From an uncultured archaeon (GTDB lineage Archaea; EX4484-52; LFW-46), in NCBI GenBank assembly GCA_902384675.1, contig CABMCT010000031.1, forward strand, positions 3,425 through 67,424: DNA of 64,000 nucleotides, written 5' to 3'. Shown one piece after another: positions 18,401 through 28,071 of the stretch (the first letter of the stretch is position 1; every line of letters begins with the position of its first letter). Both the position numbers and the translations under genes were made by a program. The notes beneath the pieces are model-generated. The model did not search any database and was not told the origin of the DNA. It was given only the letters and a program-made list of their open reading frames with translations.

Positions 18401-18490
18401 TATATCATTATAAGATACTTTTAAACCTTTAAATACCTCGCGCGCCAATATGTCTTAAGTCCTACTGTTTCGTCTTTTGTGAGGATTATA
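18401..18490 (+). promoter_or_regulatory. Copy B of the shared promoter/leader repeat (upstream of ATPase gene)
   Basis: tatatcattataagata ... gtcttaagtcctactgtttcgtcttt; see 14766-14858. Confidence 0.6.
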
Positions 18491-18601
18491 TTTTCGCTCG
18501 CAGCATAGTTTGATGACGAAAAATCCGTCGCGACACCTTATGAACCATTGATTGTGTCGCTTTCGGCTTTTAAATCCAATGAATATGGGGAATGATTTAA
18601 A

Positions 18602-20752
18602 ATGGCAGATTATATCCGTATAGATGTCGCGTCCGAAATAAAAAAGCTCGTTCCTGTTCTTGGAAAAGAGAACGCCCTTAAAATCGAGCAGGCGTACCTG
18701 TTGGGCGACGAGGAGATGAAAAAGCGCGTAATCGAGATGCTTGATTCTGTAAAAGCTGCTGCGTATGCCGACGAAAGCCTCAAAAATGCGGTTCTTCTTG
18801 AGGCGCCTTCGCGCGAAACAGCATCATGCGGGGATATTTTTGCAGGCACGGTGCTTTATGGCCAGAAAAGGCTCTACCCGTTCCTTCTTGACCGAAATAT
18901 GTTCCTCACGCATCTCGGGATTTTTGGCTCCTCAGGCTACGGGAAAACCAATGTGGTCCATAATCTTGTCCGCGAATTATCCGAAAAAAGCGTCCCTGTT
19001 CTTATTTTCGACTTCTCAAAGCGGAATTACCGCGACCTCATCAATATCCCGGAATTAAAGGAGCGCGTACAGATTTTCACTATCGGAAGAAACGCCTCGC
19101 CTTTTAAATTCAACCCGCTTTACCCGCCGGAAGGTGTTGAAATATCGCAGTGGATTAAGGAATTCGCAGAGATTTTCGACCATGCATACTGGCTTTTGGG
19201 CGGAGGACGGCATATTATTCTTAAAGTGCTTGATAAGGTTTACAAAAATCCTAAACCCTTCGATTACCCCCAATTACGGGCCATAAAATACGTATTGGAC
19301 GAGCTTGAAAGCGACAAGAATTCCGCAAGGGAGAGGAACTGGATTGTGACTGCGCAAAGGCCCCTGGAATCGCTGTGCTTCCGCGAAACAGGGCAGATAT
19401 TTGATACGAATAAAGGCATTCTTCCCTCGACTTTCTTTGAGGGGCAGAAAATCACAATCCTTGAGCTTGATTCCCTTACCACGAACGACAAGACTTTTTT
19501 CATCGAAATCATGCTGCAGTGGATACGCGACTGGCTTATCGTGAAGAACGCAAAGGAAAAGCTGTCAGGTGTTATTGTTCTTGAGGAGGCGCACCATGTC
19601 CTGAACCGCGAAAAATCGAAAAAAATGGGTGCTGAAAGCGTTATTGACCTTGTCTTTCGTGAGGTGCGAGAGCTTGGCATGGGCATAATCTATGTCGACC
19701 AGCATCCGTCCCTTATCAGCTATCCTGCTCTTGGGAACACGAGCACGCACATCTACATGAACCTGGGGCTTGATACGCAATATTCCTCTGATATTCAGGA
19801 TGCGTGCAGCATGTTGGGCCTGGATTACCGGAGCGAGGGCAAATACCTGCGCCAGCTGCCTGTAGGGGACGGCTTTCTGCTTTGCAGGAGATTGAGCTTT
19901 CCGCACCCGTTTTTAATACAGTTCCCCCTTGCAAAAATAGACAAGGGCTCAGTAACCGATGATATTGTAAAAAGCATTGCGCCAAAGCTTCCGGATGACG
20001 AAATCACAGTTCCTGCGGTCCATGGCCTTCATAGAAAAAAAGAAATCTCTGAGACCCATGAAACTCCTGCGGTGCATATTCAGGAAGTGGCACAGGAAGC
20101 ACCAGTACCCCCGCAAATTCCATTACCTCCTCCTGAAATCGAGAGGCAGCAAAGCAATAATATCATAAAACACAATCTTCCTGAAAGCTGCCTGAAGATT
20201 CTGCGCGTCCTGGGCCGCTTTGATGCATCTGCAACTTCTGAAATTTACAAGGGAATTTCAATGTCGGGCAGCACATTCAAGCAGAATGCGGACCGGCTAG
20301 TCAGCGAAGGGCTCTTGGGCGCAAGGACTGCAAAAGTGTATCGCCAGACATCGATTTTCTACTTCCTTACCAATAAAGGCGCAGCGCTTTTCTCAGGCAC
20401 TTTCAGCATGCTGCACGAGGATATCAATGCGGAGGAATTTTACAACGCTGCAGAGCGGCTTTTTAAGGGCGAGGGATGGGCTGTTGACCGGAGCAAAAGC
20501 ATCTGGACGCTTTTGCGAAAAGACAAGCAGGTGAACGTGATTCTTGTATCGGGGCTTGAGAGGGCCCAGCTTTCCGGCCAGGTTGCGAATGAAAGTGCTT
20601 ATTTTGTTGCTGCGACAGAGCATATCAAGAATGCAATAATCCAGATGGCAGCAAAGCGGGTGAGCGAGACCGGAAAGCCGTTTATTCTGTCTGTTTCTTC
20701 GTTTGAGGCGCTCCATAAGGGCGAGAAATTCAGAAAACTGGCGTTTGAATAA
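18602..20752 (+). CDS. HerA/FtsK/VirB4-superfamily ATPase with ~240-aa C-terminal extension (predicted wHTH plus unknown domain)
   Basis: Walker A GIFGSSGYGKTNVV; HerA-type Walker B VIVLEEAHHV; IIYVDQHPS (QRP-like) motif; C-terminal LPESCLKILRVLGRF...EIYKGISMSGSTFKQNADRLVSEGLL helix-turn-helix. Confidence 0.8.
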   Translation: MADYIRIDVASEIKKLVPVLGKENALKIEQAYLLGDEEMKKRVIEMLDSVKAAAYADESLKNAVLLEAPSRETASCGDIFAGTVLYGQKRLYPFLLDRNMFLTHLGIFGSSGYGKTNVVHNLVRELSEKSVPVLIFDFSKRNYRDLINIPELKERVQIFTIGRNASPFKFNPLYPPEGVEISQWIKEFAEIFDHAYWLLGGGRHIILKVLDKVYKNPKPFDYPQLRAIKYVLDELESDKNSARERNWIVTAQRPLESLCFRETGQIFDTNKGILPSTFFEGQKITILELDSLTTNDKTFFIEIMLQWIRDWLIVKNAKEKLSGVIVLEEAHHVLNREKSKKMGAESVIDLVFREVRELGMGIIYVDQHPSLISYPALGNTSTHIYMNLGLDTQYSSDIQDACSMLGLDYRSEGKYLRQLPVGDGFLLCRRLSFPHPFLIQFPLAKIDKGSVTDDIVKSIAPKLPDDEITVPAVHGLHRKKEISETHETPAVHIQEVAQEAPVPPQIPLPPPEIERQQSNNIIKHNLPESCLKILRVLGRFDASATSEIYKGISMSGSTFKQNADRLVSEGLLGARTAKVYRQTSIFYFLTNKGAALFSGTFSMLHEDINAEEFYNAAERLFKGEGWAVDRSKSIWTLLRKDKQVNVILVSGLERAQLSGQVANESAYFVAATEHIKNAIIQMAAKRVSETGKPFILSVSSFEALHKGEKFRKLAFE

Positions 20753-22502
20753 TTCGTTTCTTTTCTTTCTACCTGTCTCGTACTCCAAAGAATTAGCTTC
20801 GCATAAGTGACAAAAGTGGCAAAGGCTTATAAAGCTTTCTTATCAAATAAATTCGTCAATCGTACTACGCGTGCTTGCGCGGTTTCCATTTCATGCTTCC
20901 AAACACAAATTTCTTTTAAAGACATATCACAACCTTTCTAAGCAAGTGATATGCGCGTGTCAAGACATTGAAGACATCATAGGTAGTGCCAATTTGAGGT
21001 CGCGGCTACGCGAACCGAATAAAGACACTACATAGATCCTTAGAGCTCTTGCACGCGGGTTTGTGCTTTTGGGAGTTCAGAGGCGATGGGGAAGTATATC
21101 GTCTCTAGATTCTGGGGCGCTAACGAGAGCCTAGACTCGATGAGGGTGAAGCGCTCAGAATCTACAACCAAAGGAACGGCGAGCGAACATAAAAAAGAGG
21201 CGAACCCTAATGGGAAACCCTCAAAAAGGTGGTGAGAAATTATGGGAACCCATCAGTTCCATTTTGAGCAGTTCTAGATTGCTGATGAACCTAAAGTAGC
21301 TTCAGAGCGGCTACGAAGAGCATAAAAGAGAAGAATTCTCGCTCTTGCCTGAACCTACAGGCCTTTGTTCTGGAGAGGACGCGGGTGCCAAAAAAAGCTT
21401 AAGAACTTCTCGAATTTATAAGGGTTTGACCGTTTGGTCCCCGAATCCCGGACGTGTTGACTGAATGCAGGAAGGGCGCTTCAACCACAGTACAAGAAGG
21501 TAAATAAACGTGGCTGACACTTTAGACCTAGGAGCAGAAGCGCCTCTTCCAAATTTCTAATTAAATTGGAAAGAGCCTAAGACACTTTATGGGGCTTCGT
21601 AGCATCCCCTCCGATGACTCCATTAGTGCGCGTGTCTTGGGCTCCTTCTTTCTTGTTATGAAAAAACGGGAGTTGAAAGCATCGAATCCTCGTAGAAGTT
21701 GAGAGGCTTAAAGCGTTCTCGGTGCTTGCTTCATAACCGTCGGAGATGCACACATACCTCCGGCGGCGGGCAACTTTTTTAAGGTCTCATTGAACATTAG
21801 TTCAGTGACTCCTCGATACCACCCCCACTCCCCACCGCCCGTTCAACTCCCATTATGGTTTTGCATGTTGAGTAACAGAAACCATTTTCTGTGTCGCCCT
21901 ACACTGCCGGTAGGGCGCAAAAAAGTCGGGCGATACCTCATATCCTATCCATTGGCACGCCCGCGGAGATTCGGAAGGTAAGGTGAACGGTTGTGCAACT
22001 TTGGGACCTTCCGAATTTCTAATCATTTTTACAAAAACGGGGTCGCGGCGTTCGGTTTCCTCCTTCGCCGCTATTCATATTGGGAGAGCAGGGCTGATAG
22101 CAACAGAAGAGGCTCTCCCGATTCTAATTATAGAGGCATGGCGCAGTATTCCTTACATACTCTCGCTATGCACGAGGAAGGCACACCTTCTGTTAAAACT
22201 GTCATTGCCTTCCTCTTCCTTGCGATCATCAAAAACGCACCCTCTCCTTACGAACTGTCATAGGGGGTGTAGCTTTGATGGGGCGGCGGTCTTTTTTAGT
22301 AACTCCGAAACCCCAGCGGCTACCGCCGTCAGTATTCTAAGAGACGCCAACTTGGAACACTACCGCAGGGGTTTACATTTATCAGAGAAACTCTGGTAGA
22401 AATGGAATGAGGACGAGCGAAAGGTACGACTTTTTTAATTAACCCCCACTCCCCAACTCCTTGCCCGTTCTCACATTTTCTATTTTTAATGAATTACTAT
22501 GT

Positions 22503-22578
22503 GCCCGGATAGTGTAGTGGCCTATCATGAAGGACTATCAATCCTTCGACCCGGGTTCAAATCCCGGTCCGGGCGCCA
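22503..22578 (+). tRNA. tRNA-Asp-like gene with anticodon ATC (A34) and encoded CCA
   Basis: GCCCGGA acceptor paired with TCCGGGC, T-arm CCGGGTTCAAATCCCGG, anticodon arm GAAGGA-CTATCAA-TCCTTC. Body matches the archaeal tRNA-Asp(GUC) family except G34A and C38A. Confidence 0.75.
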
Positions 22579-22658
22579 TTCTATTTTTCTTTTTTCTTTA
22601 TTATATCATTATCAAATATATCATAACTATATAAACTCTTTCAGCCAATATATCCTGC

Positions 22659-22955
22659 ATGAAACGCGAAGAATCCTTTATTACAAACCTGACAAAGCTT
22701 TACGTCCTACTGATTTTATCCCGCGGTCCTGCACATGGTTATGATATAATGAAGGAGTTCAAGTCCGCGACAGGGAAGACACTCAGCCCCGGCCAGATTT
22801 ATCCTCTTCTTTCCGCAATGCAGAGAAAGGGATTCGTCGAGATGAGCGCAAAAATCGAGGGCAAGCGGCAAAGAAAAATTTACGCGCTTACGGATAAAGG
22901 CAGGGAATTCGCGGATAATCTCAAAGGAAAGATTGTAAAATTGCTGGGGCTATAA
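22659..22955 (+). CDS. PadR-family transcriptional regulator
   Basis: LYVLLILSRGPAHGYDIMKEF...IYPLLSAMQRKGFVE. Confidence 0.8.
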   Translation: MKREESFITNLTKLYVLLILSRGPAHGYDIMKEFKSATGKTLSPGQIYPLLSAMQRKGFVEMSAKIEGKRQRKIYALTDKGREFADNLKGKIVKLLGL

Positions 22956-22989
22956 CTGTATTTATATTCTAACCAAAACAATATGTAAT

Positions 22990-23376
22990 ATGCTCAAACA
23001 GCTTGCGCCTCTTCTTAAAAGGGCAAAAAAAGACAAGGACATAGTTGCAGTCATGCTTTTCGGCAGCGCAGCACGGGGCGAGAAATACCGCGATATCGAT
23101 GTTGCACTTGTGCTTAGAGCAGGCATAGATAGCGGTTCCATGTTTGATAAGCGCCTTGATTACTTGGGGGAGTTCTCTAATCTCGACATTCAGATATTTA
23201 ACCAGCTGCCGCTTTATATCCGGCAAAGGATACTTAAAGAGGGAAAGATATTGCTCCAAAACGATACTGATGCGCTTTACGATATTGCATTTGATACCAT
23301 ACGCGCTTATGAGGACTTCAAGTCTATTTACGAAGGATACCTTGAAGCTATAGAAAACCAATATGCTACTGCATAA
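22990..23376 (+). CDS. MNT-type nucleotidyltransferase antitoxin (MntA-like)
   Basis: VMLFGSAARGEKYRDIDVALV matches GSxxRGxxxxxSDIDv. Confidence 0.8.
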   Translation: MLKQLAPLLKRAKKDKDIVAVMLFGSAARGEKYRDIDVALVLRAGIDSGSMFDKRLDYLGEFSNLDIQIFNQLPLYIRQRILKEGKILLQNDTDALYDIAFDTIRAYEDFKSIYEGYLEAIENQYATA

Positions 23377-23388
23377 CAGGTTATTGCT

Positions 23389-23811
23389 ATGCTTGACAAA
23401 AATCGTATACTTGTAAAGCTGGACGAGATAGGCGGCTATTTATCAGAGCTTGAGGAAATAGCGCCGGATAGCTTTAGCGAGTACAAATCATCCATAGAAA
23501 AGCGAAGGGCGTGCGAGAGGCTTCTTCAAATAGCGATTGAATCTGTGGTTGATATTTCCCAATCCATCGTTAAAGGAATGCTGCTTGGCATGCCGAAAGA
23601 CGAGGATAGCATCTTCGAGACTCTTGCAAAGAAGAACCTCATCACAGAAAACATGGCAGGGACGCTGCGGGATATGAAGAATTTCAGGAACATCTTAGTG
23701 CACAGGTACGGGGTAGTGGACGATGCCAAAGTGTTCACGGCAATGAAAGCGCGTATCTTGGATTTTGAGGAGTTCAAAAAAGTAGTGCTGGAAATAGTAA
23801 AAGCATCCTAG
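23389..23811 (+). CDS. HEPN-domain toxin (HepT/DUF86-like)
   Basis: FRNILVHRY Rx4-6H HEPN motif near the C-terminus; 13 nt after the MNT gene. Confidence 0.8.
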   Translation: MLDKNRILVKLDEIGGYLSELEEIAPDSFSEYKSSIEKRRACERLLQIAIESVVDISQSIVKGMLLGMPKDEDSIFETLAKKNLITENMAGTLRDMKNFRNILVHRYGVVDDAKVFTAMKARILDFEEFKKVVLEIVKAS

Positions 23812-23922
23812 TGAATTAATATTCAGGAAATTTGGTGCGGATACTCGACTAATTGCCTAAGACAATATTCAGTAATTTGTGTAGATTTTAACTAATTACC
23901 AATTTTAATGCGAAACTATTAT

Positions 23923-24345
23923 TCATTCTATGCCATATTCTTTCAATATCTCATGATAATGTTTTTCTGAAATACTTTTTGTATCTATAAGCTTTTTTGC
24001 CTCAGAATATATTTCTTCCTCAAGTGCCTTTGCGATTTTCTCAACGTCATTTCTATTTTTGCCCGTGATTTTAATCTGCCAGCCATCATCAGATCTTACA
24101 CGCGCTTCATTCACCTCTATGCGTAGTCCCCAACCTCTGTTTCGGGCGTACAGATGGTCACAGGTTGAATCCACTAAAAAATCCATATTTTTTAGCCTAC
24201 TGTCTCTTTCTGCATCCCTTCGCATTACATTGTAACCAAGCGCAGTTAGAACTCTTTCGAATTCTTTATATCCAATCAAGCGTGGGTTCGGCAAATTATT
24301 TGATTCATAGACTATCTCGGAGCCAATCTGTAATTTGTGGAACAT
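23923..24345 (-). CDS. Hypothetical protein
   Basis: 140-aa ORF. Confidence 0.5.
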   Translation of the reverse strand: MFHKLQIGSEIVYESNNLPNPRLIGYKEFERVLTALGYNVMRRDAERDSRLKNMDFLVDSTCDHLYARNRGWGLRIEVNEARVRSDDGWQIKITGKNRNDVEKIAKALEEEIYSEAKKLIDTKSISEKHYHEILKEYGIE

Positions 24346-24520
24346 ACTACTTTTGAGTGAAGTAAAATATATAAAGCTTTATCCCAAACGGTCCGGCATA
24401 TAATCGCCAAATATGGCTTTACAACGCCGAAACATGATATGAATCAATACTTGTATTTCTCTTCCTTATTGTCGTCGAATTATATTGCATTTCAATAAGT
24501 GATTTGAACAATTCTTAGCC

Positions 24521-26737
24521 TTAGTATTTATACTTTTCTTCCTCCCACTCCTTCGCTTTCCCTTTCTCGTGCGCGGCTTTGGAGAAAACGCCGTGGTCGA
24601 CCTCAGGCACCAATATCATGCCTTTTAGCGGGTCAAGGCCATGCTCCCGTATTGCGTGATGCTGCGCTGCCCAGAGAGTCTCGTCAATCCCGTAGAATCT
24701 TGGCGGAAGGTCGTTTGGCTTTGTCTCTTTCTGCAGCTCGGCAACCATGTTCCTGAATGCAATGGCACTCTGGTCAATGCCAAAAGAGCCCATTTCCCAG
24801 ATAAAATACGCGTCCTTCATGCCCTTCTGGCGCAGGCTGAAAAGCCAGCCGTAGAGGACAAACATATCGTGCGACATGATATAAATCGGGGAATGGGCGC
24901 CTATTATCGGCCTTGGGGCGTTTATGTGCATCATTTTTATGTACTTGGCATCGCCATCCTTGAGGCTTGCTATATCCTGATCTACCCTTACAAAGTTTAC
25001 CGTGAGGTGCTCGAAGTCCATGGTGTAGCCGGTTATTTCGCCTTTATCCAGATGCTTGATAAGCGTGACATGATCATGCGCCGACATTACCCTTAATTCA
25101 CCCTCCTGGCCTTCGGGCGGCATTGCGGTTTCAATGAAAATCATCATTTTTGCGTCTTTTGTGTAGCTGTAGACTGATTCGTCTTTGAGGTGCTTGTATT
25201 CCGGGAATTCCGCAGCCATCCCCCATAAATCCCCTGAGACAAACAAATGGCCTTCGATGTATTTGCATGCGACTGCTGTGATGAGCTTTTTGACAAGGTC
25301 TTCTATAACTGTTTTATCTTCTTTACTATGCTCTTTATGTTTTTCGGAAGGTTCCACTTCTTCTCCAAGAAGCTCTTCTTCTTTAAAAATATTTTTGTCA
25401 TATTTTGATTTTCCTTTATCAGCGCATTTAATGATTATATCAGGGTCGTAGTCGCCTACGATATCCGTCCATAGAGGGTCGCGTGTCCAGTACATGAATT
25501 TTGCAATAACGCGATATGCAACTTGTTCCTCGCATTCGGAGCCTTTCGTCTTCCAGAAATCGAAAACTTTGTCAAAGTCGGTAGTCTTGAGGTAATACAA
25601 AACATGGTCATATATCTGATATATTTTGTATATTTTTGAAAGCTCGCCTAATGCATCTTCAAGCGTTTTTCCATTGTTCAATTCACGGATCATCAGTTCG
25701 TCCTTTTCACGTTCAACAGCGTAATCAAAAGACAGGTATTTTTCTGGCTTTCCGCTGTTGATTTCAGCGATTACTGCATTTGACGCAGAAGCTTCTCTGA
25801 AAAGCTGGTTATATTGCGGATTATTTCTTAGATTCTGGTCGACAGCTAACTCCAAGTCCTCTCCTTTAACTCCTCGGGATATCAGATATTTCCTAAGTTG
25901 TTCTCTTAATACATTCATTTGCGATTGGGCTTGAGTAAATATCTTTGTGTACCTTTCCAGCATGATTTTTTTAACCTTCTCATCCCATATTTTATCTCTG
26001 AGAGCGGTGTGTCTTTTTCCAGCCTCTTTTGCTCCGTCACTGAAGTTATCAAATGTTTCCATGAATGTTAGAACACCGACATCCCCGGAAAGCCCCATTA
26101 CATGAAAAAGCACTTTTGTAAACTTTGCTTTAAACCACTCGCGCATGCTTTGTCCTTTTGGCAACGTGATTTTTTTCCCTGTCTTTGGGTCTTTAAATTC
26201 GCCTTTATCAACAGCGTCGATCCATTGCCCTAAATTCGTTCCGTCAAACGAGTTCTGCTGTACCGGCGGCTCCTGATGCCCTACAGTAAACGTGACATGC
26301 GGCCTTATTCGCGAGGAAGTGTGGAAAAGAAAGAACTTTGAGCCTATGATTTCTTTTGATGAATAAGCTCCCTTGCGCAGGATTTCATGCATTTCCTTCC
26401 ATTCAAAGGCATTTGCTATGCAGAGGTCGACTTTTACAGGCAGGTGCAGGCCGACTTCCATTTTTTGGACGTCCTTGACGTGCATTATCAGTTCCTTGAC
26501 GTGGGGCTCGTACATTTCAGAAAGCGCTTCATAATCTATTTCGGTAAAATCAAAGCCAAGGCGCGCTGCTTTTACTATCTTTCTCGCCAAGCCCATGTTT
26601 ATCAGGCGCTCTTCTCCCTGTGCAACACTGGCAAAACCCGGGCTTGCTCCAAGAATGTAGCCGACAGGGTGGTTTTTGGCATCCCATCTGCCGTTTATGT
26701 GCGGCTGTTTCTTTTGTTCGTGGCCATGCTCGGACAT
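24521..26737 (-). CDS. Large hypothetical protein (738 aa from MSEHGHEQ; the ORF's upstream 69 codons look non-coding)
   Basis: ggaga SD 9 nt before ATG at 26737; no family recognised by eye. Confidence 0.6.
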   Translation of the reverse strand: MSEHGHEQKKQPHINGRWDAKNHPVGYILGASPGFASVAQGEERLINMGLARKIVKAARLGFDFTEIDYEALSEMYEPHVKELIMHVKDVQKMEVGLHLPVKVDLCIANAFEWKEMHEILRKGAYSSKEIIGSKFFLFHTSSRIRPHVTFTVGHQEPPVQQNSFDGTNLGQWIDAVDKGEFKDPKTGKKITLPKGQSMREWFKAKFTKVLFHVMGLSGDVGVLTFMETFDNFSDGAKEAGKRHTALRDKIWDEKVKKIMLERYTKIFTQAQSQMNVLREQLRKYLISRGVKGEDLELAVDQNLRNNPQYNQLFREASASNAVIAEINSGKPEKYLSFDYAVEREKDELMIRELNNGKTLEDALGELSKIYKIYQIYDHVLYYLKTTDFDKVFDFWKTKGSECEEQVAYRVIAKFMYWTRDPLWTDIVGDYDPDIIIKCADKGKSKYDKNIFKEEELLGEEVEPSEKHKEHSKEDKTVIEDLVKKLITAVACKYIEGHLFVSGDLWGMAAEFPEYKHLKDESVYSYTKDAKMMIFIETAMPPEGQEGELRVMSAHDHVTLIKHLDKGEITGYTMDFEHLTVNFVRVDQDIASLKDGDAKYIKMMHINAPRPIIGAHSPIYIMSHDMFVLYGWLFSLRQKGMKDAYFIWEMGSFGIDQSAIAFRNMVAELQKETKPNDLPPRFYGIDETLWAAQHHAIREHGLDPLKGMILVPEVDHGVFSKAAHEKGKAKEWEEEKYKY

Positions 26738-27275
26738 TTTTAAACATCTCCTTCTTCTTTGGTTTAAAAAGCTTGGAAACTGCATTTGCACCTTGGTATG
26801 CAAAGCTTGGAAATTCTTGCGAATTTCCATGAGTTTCCATGATTTCAAATCATTCCTCAATCTACTTGGATTTGAATCATCTCGTTCGCATAGCGAACTC
26901 GAAGCTTTTGGGAACCCTAAATCCCAAAAAGCTTGAAAGCGCAACTTATGCGCAAGCTTTCATGATGACAATCTATTGGTGAAGAGGGTATATAAAATCT
27001 GATATGATTTTTAAGCCGCGCTTCCACAACTTAAAATCCGTTCGCTATCGCTCTCGGCTTTTCAGACTTTGTCTGAAAAAGCGTGAAACTCGAATAAGCC
27101 GCAAGGAAGTTTCATGATTTTTATATACTCCTGTTTCCAATAATATTCAGTAATCTAATTTGGTGATATTATCGGAATTCTTGGCAAGCTCAAATCCAGT
27201 TTCGGTGGGGGGAAAAGCGATATTGACTCGAAAATAGACTCGGCATTCTCAAACCCCAACATTTCCGGAAAACTT

Positions 27276-27773
27276 GTGCAGCCGGCTTCACCTTCCTCTG
27301 TATCCGAGCGTGTGCTTGCAGGGCACAGGAAATTCGGCGAGCAGTTCCAGTCAAGGCCCGCGTCCTCCGAAAGCGATTATGGCAGATTTAGTGATTCTGA
27401 TAGCGAATTTGGCGCAAATCCACTGGATTTAAATGCAGATACAGACACAAGAGAGCCGCCAAGAGCGCCCGAGCCTTTGCAGATGAGGAGCGACAGCTCG
27501 ATAAATCAAGCTCGAGATGGAGTGACGGTAAGGCGAGATGCCTTTGAGCCGAAGACAAGGGAGCAGCCGCGCAATTTCGGCCAGGAAACCGTTAACAAGC
27601 CCGTAGGATTTCCGGACGCGAACACTAATATTCCTGAAAAAACAGATTATACACCCGGCAAACCCGTATCGGGTTCGCTTGAGCAGCGCCTGATCGACGA
27701 GCTTGAGGACGTCAGGGCGCAGAATAACGAGATTTTAAGGAGAATACAACGTCTGGAAACGAAAATACGGTAA
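27276..27773 (+). CDS. Ser/Asp/Pro-rich disordered protein with C-terminal coiled coil
   Basis: 165 aa, GTG start; C-terminal LEQRLIDELEDVRAQNNEILRRIQRLETKIR. Confidence 0.4.
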   Translation: MQPASPSSVSERVLAGHRKFGEQFQSRPASSESDYGRFSDSDSEFGANPLDLNADTDTREPPRAPEPLQMRSDSSINQARDGVTVRRDAFEPKTREQPRNFGQETVNKPVGFPDANTNIPEKTDYTPGKPVSGSLEQRLIDELEDVRAQNNEILRRIQRLETKIR

Positions 27774-27816
27774 TTGTTAACTTTATTTTATAAGCTCTGA
27801 AACCTAGTAGTCGATT

Positions 27817-28071
27817 ATGCCAGTTAAAAGAAAATCAAGGCCTTCTGAGAAAACCGAAGTCAAGCGACTCTATCGCTCGGGAAAAGACCGCATTCTTGGC
27901 GGCGTTTGCGGCGGGATTGCAGAGTATTTTAATGTCGACCCCACGCTAATCCGGCTGCTCTGGGTTCTTTTCACGCTCGCTTCTTTTGGCACCGGGATTC
28001 TGCTTTACATCATTGCCTGGATTATTGTGCCGAGGAATCCGAGAGATAAGTCATGGAACTCCTTGGCATAA
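27817..28071 (+). CDS. PspC-domain membrane protein
   Basis: [35 protein letters not shown] followed by a TM helix. Confidence 0.8.
   Translation: MPVKRKSRPSEKTEVKRLYRSGKDRILGGVCGGIAEYFNVDPTLIRLLWVLFTLASFGTGILLYIIAWIIVPRNPRDKSWNSLA

Noticed and set aside
21983-22399. 138-aa ORF (and 21991..22263) inside the ORF-poor tract
   Set aside because: No start context, low-complexity Ser/Leu-rich sequence; the region behaves as non-coding.
22969-23361. 130-aa minus-strand ORF
   Set aside because: Antisense to the well-supported MNT nucleotidyltransferase gene.
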